A stretch of DNA of 64,000 bases from an uncultured Verrucomicrobiota bacterium (GTDB lineage: Bacteria; Auribacterota; JABMQX01), in contig CAZFAP010000004.1 of NCBI GenBank assembly GCA_964516325.1, forward strand, positions 3,073 through 67,072, written 5' to 3'. The notes beneath the pieces are model-generated. The model saw only the letters and a list, made by a program, of their open reading frames with translations. It ran no database searches and was not told the origin of the DNA. This document shows, in pieces, positions 26,839 to 36,389 of the stretch. The position numbers were made by a program, and so were the translations under genes. Every line of letters starts with the position of its first letter. The first letter of the stretch is position 1.

Positions 26839-28191
26839 ATGAGCAAACAGAATACGATTAACCGACGCCAGTTTCTGGCGACTTTTGGAGCTGCGATGGG
26901 CGCTCCATACATCCTGGGGTCCGGCGTGCTTGCCGCCTCGGGCAGACCGGCGCCCAGCGACCGGCTGACGACGGCTCTTATCGGCTGCGGCGGACGCGGC
27001 CGGGGTCTTCTGAACGAGGTAAGAAGGTCGAAAATCGCGGATCAACTCGAATGCATCGCGTTCAACGATGTGGATGAGAACCGCCTCGCCGACGCGGTGA
27101 AATGGGAGAGCCGATGGGCGAGAAAAAGCGTTATGCCCTACGCGGACTACCGCTATATCCTGGAGCGGAAGGACATTGACACGGTGATTATCGCCACGCC
27201 CGACCACTGGCATGCGGTTCAGACGGTTCATGCCGCCGAATGCAGCAAGCACATGTATGTCGAGAAGCCGGCATGCTGCACGATCGAGGAAGGCAAAGCG
27301 ATGGTCGCCGCCGTCAAGAAGAATAAGGTGGCATGCCAGGTCGGCTCCCAGGGGCGCTCCCAGCCGGAGGCCTACCTGTCGCACCGATACCTCGTGAACG
27401 GCAATATCGGCCGCGTCGAGAAGGTCTGGTGTTTCCATTATAACAGCCCCGAAGATGATAAGCCGGTCCCGGACAGCGATCCTCCGGCCGAGTTGGACTG
27501 GGACATGTGGCTGGGACCGCTACGATGGCGACCGTACAACCCGCGCTATCTCCCAGGCACGTTCCGCTGGATAATGGAGTCGGGCGGCGGGCAGATTCGT
27601 GACCGCGGGGCGCACGTGATGAGCTGCGCCATGTGGTGGTTGGGCGCCGATGGAACGGGCCCCGTGAGTGTCGAGGCGACAGGAACATCGCCGACGAAGG
27701 GATTGTGGGATTCCGCCGTCACGATGAACGTGACCTACACCTTCAAGAATCCCGACTGGGTCATGATTTGGGACCAGCATACGGGGAACGCACCGCCCCC
27801 GGAAGAAAGAACACCGCAGGAGGCCAGGATCGAACGGCCCGGCTACGGCGCCGTATATCACGGCACCAAGGGCACGTTCACGCACTGGGGAGGGGACGGC
27901 GGCACGTGGGCTGAGAAAAAGGCACGCGAGTGGGCGCCGCCCGCCCTCGTCAAGGACGTTTACAGAAGCACCGGTCATTGGGAAGACTGGATGGAGGGCA
28001 TCAAGACCGGCAAGAAGACCATCATGAACATCGAGGCGGCAGTCGGCGTGGCGAACCTGTGCGTCCTGGGCAATCTCTCGTTCATCCTCGGCCGGAAGCT
28101 CCAATGGGACCAGGCGAAGCAGGAGATTGTCGGGGACGAACAGGCTCGGCGCCTCATGGGCCGGCCGCAGCGCCATCCATATCATCTCTGA
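26839..28191 (+). CDS. TAT-exported Gfo/Idh/MocA-family oxidoreductase
   Basis: Twin-arginine signal MSKQNTINRRQFLATFGAAMGA. Rossmann motif LIGCGGRGRG. Typical 450-aa length. Confidence 0.8.
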   Translation: MSKQNTINRRQFLATFGAAMGAPYILGSGVLAASGRPAPSDRLTTALIGCGGRGRGLLNEVRRSKIADQLECIAFNDVDENRLADAVKWESRWARKSVMPYADYRYILERKDIDTVIIATPDHWHAVQTVHAAECSKHMYVEKPACCTIEEGKAMVAAVKKNKVACQVGSQGRSQPEAYLSHRYLVNGNIGRVEKVWCFHYNSPEDDKPVPDSDPPAELDWDMWLGPLRWRPYNPRYLPGTFRWIMESGGGQIRDRGAHVMSCAMWWLGADGTGPVSVEATGTSPTKGLWDSAVTMNVTYTFKNPDWVMIWDQHTGNAPPPEERTPQEARIERPGYGAVYHGTKGTFTHWGGDGGTWAEKKAREWAPPALVKDVYRSTGHWEDWMEGIKTGKKTIMNIEAAVGVANLCVLGNLSFILGRKLQWDQAKQEIVGDEQARRLMGRPQRHPYHL

Positions 28192-28402
28192 GCCGTTGGC
28201 GGCGGCGCCTCAATCGTGCGGTGTGGAATCCCGCCAGCGCGCCCCCGAGGGACCGATTATCGGGGCGGCAACGTGCCCGGTGAGCCCGCGCAGGGGCGTG
28301 CAAAGGGAGAGTCTTCTTAGCGGGCCTGCTGCCGCTCGATGCTGTATTCCGATGGTCCCGCCCGCGCGCCGTGTCGTGTCGTAGCGAAGAGGCCGTTGGG
28401 GG

Positions 28403-29545
28403 TCATCTCGTCTTATTTTCCCACATCTCGACGGGCTGGTGGTCCCCGCTCCAGTTTGCGCCGATTATGTCCAGGTCGCCGTCGCCTCCAATGTCGGCGA
28501 CGCGGATATTATGAGAGCCTTTCGTCCCCAGAACTTGCTTTCTCCATTTGAGTCCCCGGTCCTCGTTGAGATAGATGCACACTTCGTGCGGTGCCTCGTA
28601 CTGATGCATTTTGGCGATTACCACGTCCAGCTTGTTGTCGCCGTTCATGTCGGCAACTTGCAGGCTATGAACGCCAGCGGCGGGATTCTCGATGACATGC
28701 TCCGCCCAGTTCTGGGCTTTGGGGTCCAGCGGCGCCTCGAACCAGGAGATGCGGAAGTTTCCCTCCGCGGGTGTGAGAACCACGTCCCGGCGACCGTCGC
28801 CGTTGATGTCAGCGATTTCAACTTTAGCGTCTGCGTGCCCCCATGTCGTCGAGAAAACGTGTTCGGTCCATAGACCAGCGAGAATGTCTTTGGTGTTTTC
28901 GTACCAGCGACCGGCGATCGCTGCGTCCATGTTGCCGTCGTTATCGAGGTCCCCGAGAGCCAATCCTTCTCCGTGGGGACAGTCAATGGCCCGGCTGCCC
29001 CAGGAGGCTGGCGTGTTCTGTCTCCAGAGAAGTATCTTGTTGCCGGCCTTACTGCCGAAACCGGATTGGTCGCGCGTGACGACGTCAAGGCGGCGGTCGG
29101 CGTCCAGGTCCAGAACCTCGACATCGTGAGACTTGTGGAAGCCAATCCTGTGCGCTTCCCAGGGGCCGCTCGCAGGGCTTCGGCTGGGACGCGGGTTTTC
29201 ATACCAGAGTACCCCGCCCATGACGATGTCGGGGTCGCCATCGCTATCCACATCGCCGACTTCGCCGTCAACAGCCGAATATCCTCCCTCCGCGAGTATC
29301 GTTTTTGTCCATTTCGGGTAGGCGTACCAGACGAGGGGGCCGCGTTGTCCGCCGATTATCACGTCCGCCAAGCCGTCTCCGTCCAAGTCCCCGACGGCTT
29401 TTATCCAGGGATCGCGTGGGCCATTTTCATCTATGACGACATGTTGGAAGGGTATCTCCGCAGCGATTGCATCAGGCATCAGGAAGAAGAACGCTATGCC
29501 AATGACAAGACTCAATGCACCTTTCGATTTCCTCTCATTTCTCAT
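28403..29545 (-). CDS. Secreted FG-GAP/VCBS-repeat 7-blade beta-propeller protein
   Basis: Signal peptide. Seven repeats of D-x-D/N-G-D-G-x-x-D-[VI][VI] (VGDLDGDGLADVIIG, VGDVDSDGDPDIVMG, LGDLDNDGNMDAAIAG, ...). RBS GGAGG upstream. Confidence 0.75.
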   Translation of the reverse strand: MRNERKSKGALSLVIGIAFFFLMPDAIAAEIPFQHVVIDENGPRDPWIKAVGDLDGDGLADVIIGGQRGPLVWYAYPKWTKTILAEGGYSAVDGEVGDVDSDGDPDIVMGGVLWYENPRPSRSPASGPWEAHRIGFHKSHDVEVLDLDADRRLDVVTRDQSGFGSKAGNKILLWRQNTPASWGSRAIDCPHGEGLALGDLDNDGNMDAAIAGRWYENTKDILAGLWTEHVFSTTWGHADAKVEIADINGDGRRDVVLTPAEGNFRISWFEAPLDPKAQNWAEHVIENPAAGVHSLQVADMNGDNKLDVVIAKMHQYEAPHEVCIYLNEDRGLKWRKQVLGTKGSHNIRVADIGGDGDLDIIGANWSGDHQPVEMWENKTR

Positions 29546-29863
29546 AGCACAGCCTCCAACTCAGGTTATCGGGATGAACGAGGGCAGCGCTGCTTATTAC
29601 GCTGGAATAACCAGCAGCCACACGGTCTCGGTCCTTTGGATTACCACGGAAAAACAGGCAGTGCACGCAGCAAAGGTGGTAAGAGCCGAACCGCTGGCTT
29701 ATAATATCTCAGTGCGGTGGGGAAACCAAGACTGGTATTCGGCTGGGTGGTAGCCCCTCACGCTGGTGGCCCAAAGCATCCAGCGCTTCTTCAATAGGAA
29801 GAAAGCTCTGTTCAAGACCTCGGAAGAGTGGCCAACAATTAACCTTCATAGGAGGAAGGGAGG

Positions 29864-30874
29864 ATGTCCATGACGAAGAATATGTTGCGTCTGGCGCTCA
29901 TAGCGGTTTGTGCGGTGTTTTTGGTCGGCAATCGGGTGAACGCAGAAGACCCGTGGATTGTCCTCGAGGGTCGCGGCGGGCCCGGGGAAGGCAAACATAT
30001 TGTCTTTGTGACGGGCGACGAGGAGTATCGCTCCGAGGAGTCCATGCCGCAACTCGCCAAGATTCTCGCGGTGCACCACGGCTTCAAGTGCACGGTACTG
30101 TTCGCCATCAACAGCCAAACCGGCGAGATTGATCCCCAGACGGTGGACAACATTCCGGGGCTTGAGGCGCTTGAAAAAGCGGACCTGATGGTGATTTTCG
30201 CGCGTTTTCGGGACCTCCCCGACGAGCAGATGAAGCACATCGTGGACTACATCAATTCGGGCAAACCGATTGCGGGGTTGAGAACTTCGACGCATGCGTT
30301 CGACTTCAAGAAACACAAGACGTACGCCAAGTACAGTTGGCGGAGCGAGGAGTTCAAGGGGGGATTTGGCCGGCAGGTGCTCGGGGAGACGTGGATCAGC
30401 CACTATGGGCAGCACCAGAAGGAAAGCACGCGAGGAATCATCGCGGAAGGCATGGAGAAGCACCCCATCGTGAAAGGCGCCGAAGACATTTGGGGTCCCT
30501 CGGACGTTTACGCAATCACGACGCTGGAGGGCGACTGCAAGCCGCTGGTCATGGGGCAGGTTCTCGTCGGTATGAGCCCGGGCGACGGACCGAAGCCCGG
30601 GAGCAAGCTCGTGCCGGTTGCCTGGGTCAAAAGCTATACGGGGGACAAGGGGAGAACTGCCAGCGTTTTCGCGACCACGATGGGGCACGGGGGCGATTTC
30701 ATGAGCGAAGGATTCCGCCGCCTCCTCGTGAACGCCTGCTACTGGGCTTTGGGCATGGAGGAGAAAATACCGGCAAGAAGCAAGGTTGATCTCGTTGGGG
30801 AGTATAAACCGATAGGGATCGGCTTCGGCGGGCATAAGAGAGGCTTGAAGCCTTCGGATCATAAGATCAAATGA
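29864..30874 (+). CDS. Secreted ThuA-like (class-I glutamine-amidotransferase-like) domain protein
   Basis: Strong RBS GGAGGAAGGGAGG. Signal peptide. ThuA-like fold, judged by pattern only. Confidence 0.5.
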   Translation: MSMTKNMLRLALIAVCAVFLVGNRVNAEDPWIVLEGRGGPGEGKHIVFVTGDEEYRSEESMPQLAKILAVHHGFKCTVLFAINSQTGEIDPQTVDNIPGLEALEKADLMVIFARFRDLPDEQMKHIVDYINSGKPIAGLRTSTHAFDFKKHKTYAKYSWRSEEFKGGFGRQVLGETWISHYGQHQKESTRGIIAEGMEKHPIVKGAEDIWGPSDVYAITTLEGDCKPLVMGQVLVGMSPGDGPKPGSKLVPVAWVKSYTGDKGRTASVFATTMGHGGDFMSEGFRRLLVNACYWALGMEEKIPARSKVDLVGEYKPIGIGFGGHKRGLKPSDHKIK

Positions 30875-31049
30875 GGTCGTGCGCCCGGGAGGCGCGGCGC
30901 CTCTTTCGTGCCCGAATGCGTCTCTCTCCTGGACCGAGCGGGGGCAGCGCACGTTCCTATCGTGCCCAGGGACGTAAATGCATTTCCGGGTTTCGGCATA
31001 ATCGGGGGCTGCGTCGAACTGGTGAGCGTTGAGAAAATGGGAGGAGGAC

Positions 31050-32816
31050 ATGAAGAGACCCACGTGGCGAACGAGCTTGGCTCTCTGGACCGGTTCTGCT
31101 CTGCTGATAGCGCTTTTCGCTTGTGAAGCTGAGGCGGAAGACGTGCTTCCAGCCTCTCCCGCCGCAACAGGGAGAGAGAATGTCAAGATTCGTGTCGAAG
31201 GACAGAGGCTGATCGTCGAGTCACGGCGCTTCACGGCGGAGTTCGAGGGAGCGAGCCTGACAAGCGCCGTCGCGCGCCAGAGCGGGATTGAGTTTTGGCG
31301 AAAGGATGATTCGGTTTTCCCTCTGGAACTCTTCTACGTTCATGGCGACACGTTGAGGCAAGACAAGCACCAGCGAATCGAGGTTAAGTGTCTTTCCGAC
31401 CGTGCCGCGCGAATCATCATCACGGGCGACGACTCGGACCGCGAACTGTTCATCCGGTTGGACACTGAGACGGGCGACCTGTGCGTTACGCCGAGCGGGA
31501 GAAGCGCGCGGGCGGGCGTCCTCGCGGTCCGCTGGAACATTGCGGTCGCGCGAGAAGCCGCCCTGGTCCTTCCGTGCATAAACGGTGTTTTCGTGGAGAG
31601 CGATCGTGACTTTCCGGGGAACGACCGATTTCCCTGGCCGTTTCGATGGAATGCGCAACTGGTCATTGCACAACGCGACGGCGGTTCTTTGATGATTCAC
31701 AGCGAGGATACCGCCTTCAAATTCAAAGCGTTGAACCTGGCGCGAAAGGGGGGCTTGACCACCCTCGGTTTCGATAGCGAGCAGGTCGGGCCAGTGTGGG
31801 AGAATCGGTCTGCTGGAGGCGTCGAATGGCGACTGAATGTCTATGACGGAGACTGGCAGAAACCAGCAGTGCGCTATCGCGATTGGATGAGCCGGACATA
31901 CCAGCTTGAGGCGAAGCGAGCGGGTCGCCCGGAATGGGTCAAGGACATCTCGTTCACGCTTCAGTGGGCGAATGCCGATACGAAACTCCTCGATGCTCTT
32001 TCCCAAATCCATCCTGCCGAGAAGACTCTCATCCATCTTTCGGACTGGCGGACGAGCAAATACGATGTGGACTATCCCGATTACATTGCCTCCGCGGGTG
32101 CGAGAGCCTTTCTCGAAAAGGCGAACGCCATGGGGTTCAAGGTCATGCCCCATTTCAACTATTTTGCATGCTACCTCAAGCACCCATTGTTTCAGCAAGT
32201 TCGGGACTGGCAGGTCCGCAGCGTCAACCGGAACGAACCGCAGGGGTGGTACTGGCCGCCGGAGACCCACGACTACACTCGAATGGCGTACATTCACCCC
32301 GGGTTGGGACTGTGGCGGCGCGTGCTGATTGACGCGGTGATCGAATCCTGCCGCAGCCTGAGGTCGCCCGCTGCATTTCTCGATCAGACATTGTGCACCT
32401 GGAACACGGACAACGGGCTGGCGGACAACATGACGACGGTCGAGGGGATGAGGCAGACGCAGGAAGAGTTTGCGGCGATTCAGGCGGACCTGGTGCTGGC
32501 AGGGGAAGGGCTGAACGAAATCAGCTTCCAGCGGGAGTGCTTCGCGCAAGCGCACATCCACGACGGCTGGGGCGAACTCAAACCGCATCACGTGCCCACG
32601 GCTCACCCGATTTGCTCATTCCTCTGGCAGGGACACACGCGGCTGGTGGGCTACTACCATCTTGGACCCAGAGATAAGGACGCCGAAATTGGCATTGAAG
32701 TATATCGCCGCATGGGGGCTATCCCGACTCTGATCTGCAATGATCCAGCCCTGATCACGAGAGACCAGCCGATCGTGCGCAAGGTGCTCGAATGGGCGGG
32801 TTCAAGCGGGCGGTAG
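31050..32816 (+). CDS. Secreted hypothetical protein, possibly a TIM-barrel glycoside-hydrolase-like protein
   Basis: RBS GGGAGGAGGA. Signal peptide MKRPTWRTSLALWTGSALLIALFACEAEA. No confidently recognisable domain. Confidence 0.45.
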   Translation: MKRPTWRTSLALWTGSALLIALFACEAEAEDVLPASPAATGRENVKIRVEGQRLIVESRRFTAEFEGASLTSAVARQSGIEFWRKDDSVFPLELFYVHGDTLRQDKHQRIEVKCLSDRAARIIITGDDSDRELFIRLDTETGDLCVTPSGRSARAGVLAVRWNIAVAREAALVLPCINGVFVESDRDFPGNDRFPWPFRWNAQLVIAQRDGGSLMIHSEDTAFKFKALNLARKGGLTTLGFDSEQVGPVWENRSAGGVEWRLNVYDGDWQKPAVRYRDWMSRTYQLEAKRAGRPEWVKDISFTLQWANADTKLLDALSQIHPAEKTLIHLSDWRTSKYDVDYPDYIASAGARAFLEKANAMGFKVMPHFNYFACYLKHPLFQQVRDWQVRSVNRNEPQGWYWPPETHDYTRMAYIHPGLGLWRRVLIDAVIESCRSLRSPAAFLDQTLCTWNTDNGLADNMTTVEGMRQTQEEFAAIQADLVLAGEGLNEISFQRECFAQAHIHDGWGELKPHHVPTAHPICSFLWQGHTRLVGYYHLGPRDKDAEIGIEVYRRMGAIPTLICNDPALITRDQPIVRKVLEWAGSSGR

Positions 32817-32895
32817 GCCCAGCCCCTTCGTGAGCGTTCGCGGCCGACGTTTGGCCGCAAGAATTGCCAACCACTCGAAGGAGCTGTTCGGAAAC

Positions 32896-34884
32896 ATGAG
32901 GGCGATTCGGACCGTTTTTGCAGTCGTATTCGTGACACTTCTCTGCAAGGAGCCTGGTGCCCAGGCCAGTCCGGTTATGGGAGTTGCTGGGAACGAACCC
33001 CAGTCCGGCCTTCTCCGGGTCGCGCCGACATTGCTGCCTGATTTGTTTATCTGGACGGACACCTGTAACGTTTACGTGCTCCGCGATGGGGACGCCGCGC
33101 TGCTCATTGACCTGGGCGATGGCAGCGTGCTCGAACACCTCGAAGAGGTCGGCGTGCGCCGGGTGGAATGGGTGTTGTTCACGCACCATCACCGTGAGCA
33201 GTGCCAGGGTTACCGAGCGCTGGAGAACCGGGGCGCAAAGGCCGCGGCGCCGGAAGCCGAACGCGCACTATTCGAGCAGCCGCTGAGTTTTCGCAAGATG
33301 AAGCCCTCGCTGGGCGACGCCTTCACGGTGCATGGCGCCAGTTACGTCCGACCGCCCATCCAGCCCATTCGTCTCGATCAGACCTTCGGCAGCATGGACA
33401 CCTTCACCTGGCATGGCCACGAGTTTCGCTGCGTGGCGACACGCGGAAACAGTCCCGGGAGCATGTCTTATCTGCTGCGGCGAGGCGACCAGTGGTTCGC
33501 CTTCAGCGGGGATGTGATGCTCGATGGAGCGCGCATGCACAACTGGTTCGATACGGAGTGGGATTACGGCTTTGCTTCCGGCATTTACGCTCTGCACAAT
33601 TCCGCCGCACTCCTGGAGAGCTTTGATCCGGTGTTGCTCCTCCCGTCACATGGTCTCGCTATTTCCAACGCCAGGATGCAGTTGCGAGAATACTGCGAAA
33701 AGCTGCGTCGGCTCGAGAGACTGCTCGTTCGGGGCTATCCGGTGAACACATTCGCAGCCGGCGGGCAGGACACGGTGTCGCGGCCGACGGCGGTTGCGAA
33801 CGTCTGGCAGGTCACGCCGCACCTATTCAAGTTCAAGGGACCCGATTTCTGGCCGAACTTCGGGCTGATTCTATCGGAAAGCGGCCATGCCCTCGTGGTA
33901 GATTGCGGGTTGTTGGACCGGAGCTTCCTGGACCGGGCGCTGGAGGGATTGCGCGCGGAGTCCGGCCTCAAGGCGATTGATGCGGTGGTGATCACGCACA
34001 TGCACGGAGACCATTTCCTCGAGGCGCCGTATCTGCGTGAGAAATGGGGTGCGCGGGTCTGGGCGCTCGACCGGATGGCGGGCCCCTGCGAGCACCCGGA
34101 GCGCTACGACTACGCCGCCATGATTCCCGCATACCGGCATGGTTTTGACTCCATTCGTTTCGATCGCCTTTTTAAGTCGGGAGAGACCTTTGACTGGGAA
34201 GGCCACAGGTTCACCGTGGACTGGATGCCGGGGCAGACGGAGTTTGCGCTTTGCCTCCACGGTGTTATTGACGGGCGCAAGGTCGCCTTTACCGGGGACA
34301 ACCTCTTCGCTGACCCGAAAGACCGCTCGCAGACAGGGCACGAAGCGGTGGTGGCGCGCAACAGCGCCATCCTTGAAGAGGGCTATATTTACAGCGCGGA
34401 ATATTTGCGTCGCTTGAAGCCCGATTTGATCGTCGGGGGACACTCTTACGTCATGGACCGGCCCGCTAAGCTGGTCGAACGTTATCGGAAATGGGCTTAT
34501 GAGATGCGGGCGGCTTTCCAGGCATTGAGTCCGGACACCGACTATCGGTACTGGTTTGATCCGTATTGGGTCCGTGTCGAGCCTTATCGGATCACCGTTC
34601 GGGCGGGCCGGTCTGCTGAGGCCGTCGTGCACGCACGGAATTTTCGGGACCGCGTGCAGAAACATCGGATTGCTTTCCACGCTCCGCCCGGGCTTTCGGT
34701 CGAGCCGGGAGTGCTGGAAGGAGAAGTCCCCGCGGACACGACATGGGAGGTACAGATTCAAATCCGAGCGGAGGGTAGTGCACCGAGCGGTGTGCAGGTT
34801 GTAGCTCTTGACGTAACGCTCGACGGACACCCCGCGTTCCGGCGGGGCGAGTGGTTTGACTGCATCGTGAACGTGGAGAGGTAG
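32896..34884 (+). CDS. Secreted tandem MBL-fold metallo-hydrolase
   Basis: Signal peptide MRAIRTVFAVVFVTLLC. A first MBL-like domain (LFTHHHREQ) and a second canonical one (VITHMHGDHF). Confidence 0.65.
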   Translation: MRAIRTVFAVVFVTLLCKEPGAQASPVMGVAGNEPQSGLLRVAPTLLPDLFIWTDTCNVYVLRDGDAALLIDLGDGSVLEHLEEVGVRRVEWVLFTHHHREQCQGYRALENRGAKAAAPEAERALFEQPLSFRKMKPSLGDAFTVHGASYVRPPIQPIRLDQTFGSMDTFTWHGHEFRCVATRGNSPGSMSYLLRRGDQWFAFSGDVMLDGARMHNWFDTEWDYGFASGIYALHNSAALLESFDPVLLLPSHGLAISNARMQLREYCEKLRRLERLLVRGYPVNTFAAGGQDTVSRPTAVANVWQVTPHLFKFKGPDFWPNFGLILSESGHALVVDCGLLDRSFLDRALEGLRAESGLKAIDAVVITHMHGDHFLEAPYLREKWGARVWALDRMAGPCEHPERYDYAAMIPAYRHGFDSIRFDRLFKSGETFDWEGHRFTVDWMPGQTEFALCLHGVIDGRKVAFTGDNLFADPKDRSQTGHEAVVARNSAILEEGYIYSAEYLRRLKPDLIVGGHSYVMDRPAKLVERYRKWAYEMRAAFQALSPDTDYRYWFDPYWVRVEPYRITVRAGRSAEAVVHARNFRDRVQKHRIAFHAPPGLSVEPGVLEGEVPADTTWEVQIQIRAEGSAPSGVQVVALDVTLDGHPAFRRGEWFDCIVNVER

Positions 34885-34915
34885 TCGTGATTTCAGATCG
34901 AGAGGAGGAACCGGT

Positions 34916-36256
34916 ATGAAAACGCTGTCTGTATTCGGACTGGTAATGGCCATTGGTTTTTCTTGTCTTCCCAGTGCTGGTGGAGGGGCGACAGTGGGTG
35001 TTCCCCAAGGCGAGAATCCCGCGCCTCCCCCCGGTTTCATTTCCCTTTTCAACGGAAAGGATTTGACCGGCTGGTATGGCATGGGCCATTTCGACCCCCG
35101 GAAACTCTGGGCGATGTCACCCGAGGAGCGCGCGACGAAACGCGAGGCGGATATGGCCGAATTCAAAGCCCACTGGCATGTCGAAAACGGCGAGCTGGTT
35201 AACGACGGGAACGGCCCCTACGCGACCACTGAAAAGGAATTCGGCGACATCGAGTTGCTGATTGACTACAAGACCGTCGCGATGGCCGACAGCGGAATTT
35301 ACCTCCGCGCCACGCCGCAGGTGCAGATTTGGGATTACACGAAGGAAGGAGGCAAATGGGACATTGGCGCCGACAAAGGCTCCGGCGGCCTTTGGAACAA
35401 CAGCGCCGGGGCACCGGGCAAAGACCCGCTCGTCCTGGCGGACAAGCCGTTCGGCGAGTGGAATCACTGCCGCATCCTGCAACTTGGCAGCCGCACAACG
35501 GTGTATCTGAACGACAAACTGGTCGTAGATAATGCCATCATGGAAAACTTCTGGGACCGCGCCGTACCTCTTTTTCCCAAGGGACCAATCCAGCTACAAA
35601 CGCACGGCGGCGAAATCCGCTGGCGCAACATTTGTCTCCGTGAGGTCCCCGCTGAGGAAGCCAACCGCCTTCTCCGTGGCAAGGACGAAGGTCTCCAACC
35701 AATATTCAATGGCAAGGACTTCGACGGTTGGGCTGGGCCGATTGAAAACTACGAAGTCGTGGACGGCGCGATTGTCTGCAAGGAAAACAAAGGGGGCACC
35801 ATCTATACCAAAGAAGAATACTCCGACTTCGTCGTGCGGCTCGAATTCAAGCTCCCGGCCGGCGGGAATAACGGTCTGGCCATCCGTCACCCCGGGCAGG
35901 GCGACACAGCTTATGTGGGCATGTGCGAATTGCAGGTTCTCGACGATACCACAACGAAATACGGGAAGCTCGATCCCCGGCAATGCCACGGGTCGGCCTA
36001 TGGCATGGTGGCGGCGCACCGCGGCTATCTCCGTCCGGTGGGAGAATGGAATTACCAGGAGGTGACGGTCGTAGGTTCGACGATCAAGGTTGAGCTGAAT
36101 GGTACCGTCATCCTCGACACGGACTTGAGCAAGGTCACCGAATACATGGGGAACAGAGCACACCCCGGCAAGAGTCGCACGTCGGGCTATTTCGGCTTTG
36201 CCGGTCACAGCGATCCGGTTATGTTCCGCAACATAGCGATCAAGCGGCTGAAATGA
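34916..36256 (+). CDS. Secreted tandem DUF1080 (3-keto-disaccharide-hydrolase-like, LamG jelly-roll) protein
   Basis: RBS GAGGAGGAA. Signal peptide. Two ~200-aa repeats with conserved segments such as FNGKDLTGW / FNGKDFDGW and IYLRAT / LAIRHPG. Confidence 0.65.
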   Translation: MKTLSVFGLVMAIGFSCLPSAGGGATVGVPQGENPAPPPGFISLFNGKDLTGWYGMGHFDPRKLWAMSPEERATKREADMAEFKAHWHVENGELVNDGNGPYATTEKEFGDIELLIDYKTVAMADSGIYLRATPQVQIWDYTKEGGKWDIGADKGSGGLWNNSAGAPGKDPLVLADKPFGEWNHCRILQLGSRTTVYLNDKLVVDNAIMENFWDRAVPLFPKGPIQLQTHGGEIRWRNICLREVPAEEANRLLRGKDEGLQPIFNGKDFDGWAGPIENYEVVDGAIVCKENKGGTIYTKEEYSDFVVRLEFKLPAGGNNGLAIRHPGQGDTAYVGMCELQVLDDTTTKYGKLDPRQCHGSAYGMVAAHRGYLRPVGEWNYQEVTVVGSTIKVELNGTVILDTDLSKVTEYMGNRAHPGKSRTSGYFGFAGHSDPVMFRNIAIKRLK

Positions 36257-36389
36257 GGACCGGGGCACCGACCGCTCCTCAGGTTAAGCTACCGAATGTC
36301 CTCGTAGCCCCGAATGAGGGGCTCGCGAAGGAATTCGTGGCAGGCTTCAGCGCCGAAATGAGGGTTCTCCAGTTATCGGGAGGGGTACG

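Noticed and set aside
31221-35166. Long minus-strand ORFs (31221-32606, 33871-35166) antisense to the secreted hydrolase-like, MBL and DUF1080 genes
   Set aside because: GC-driven open antisense frames. No RBS, no signal peptides and no domain signatures.
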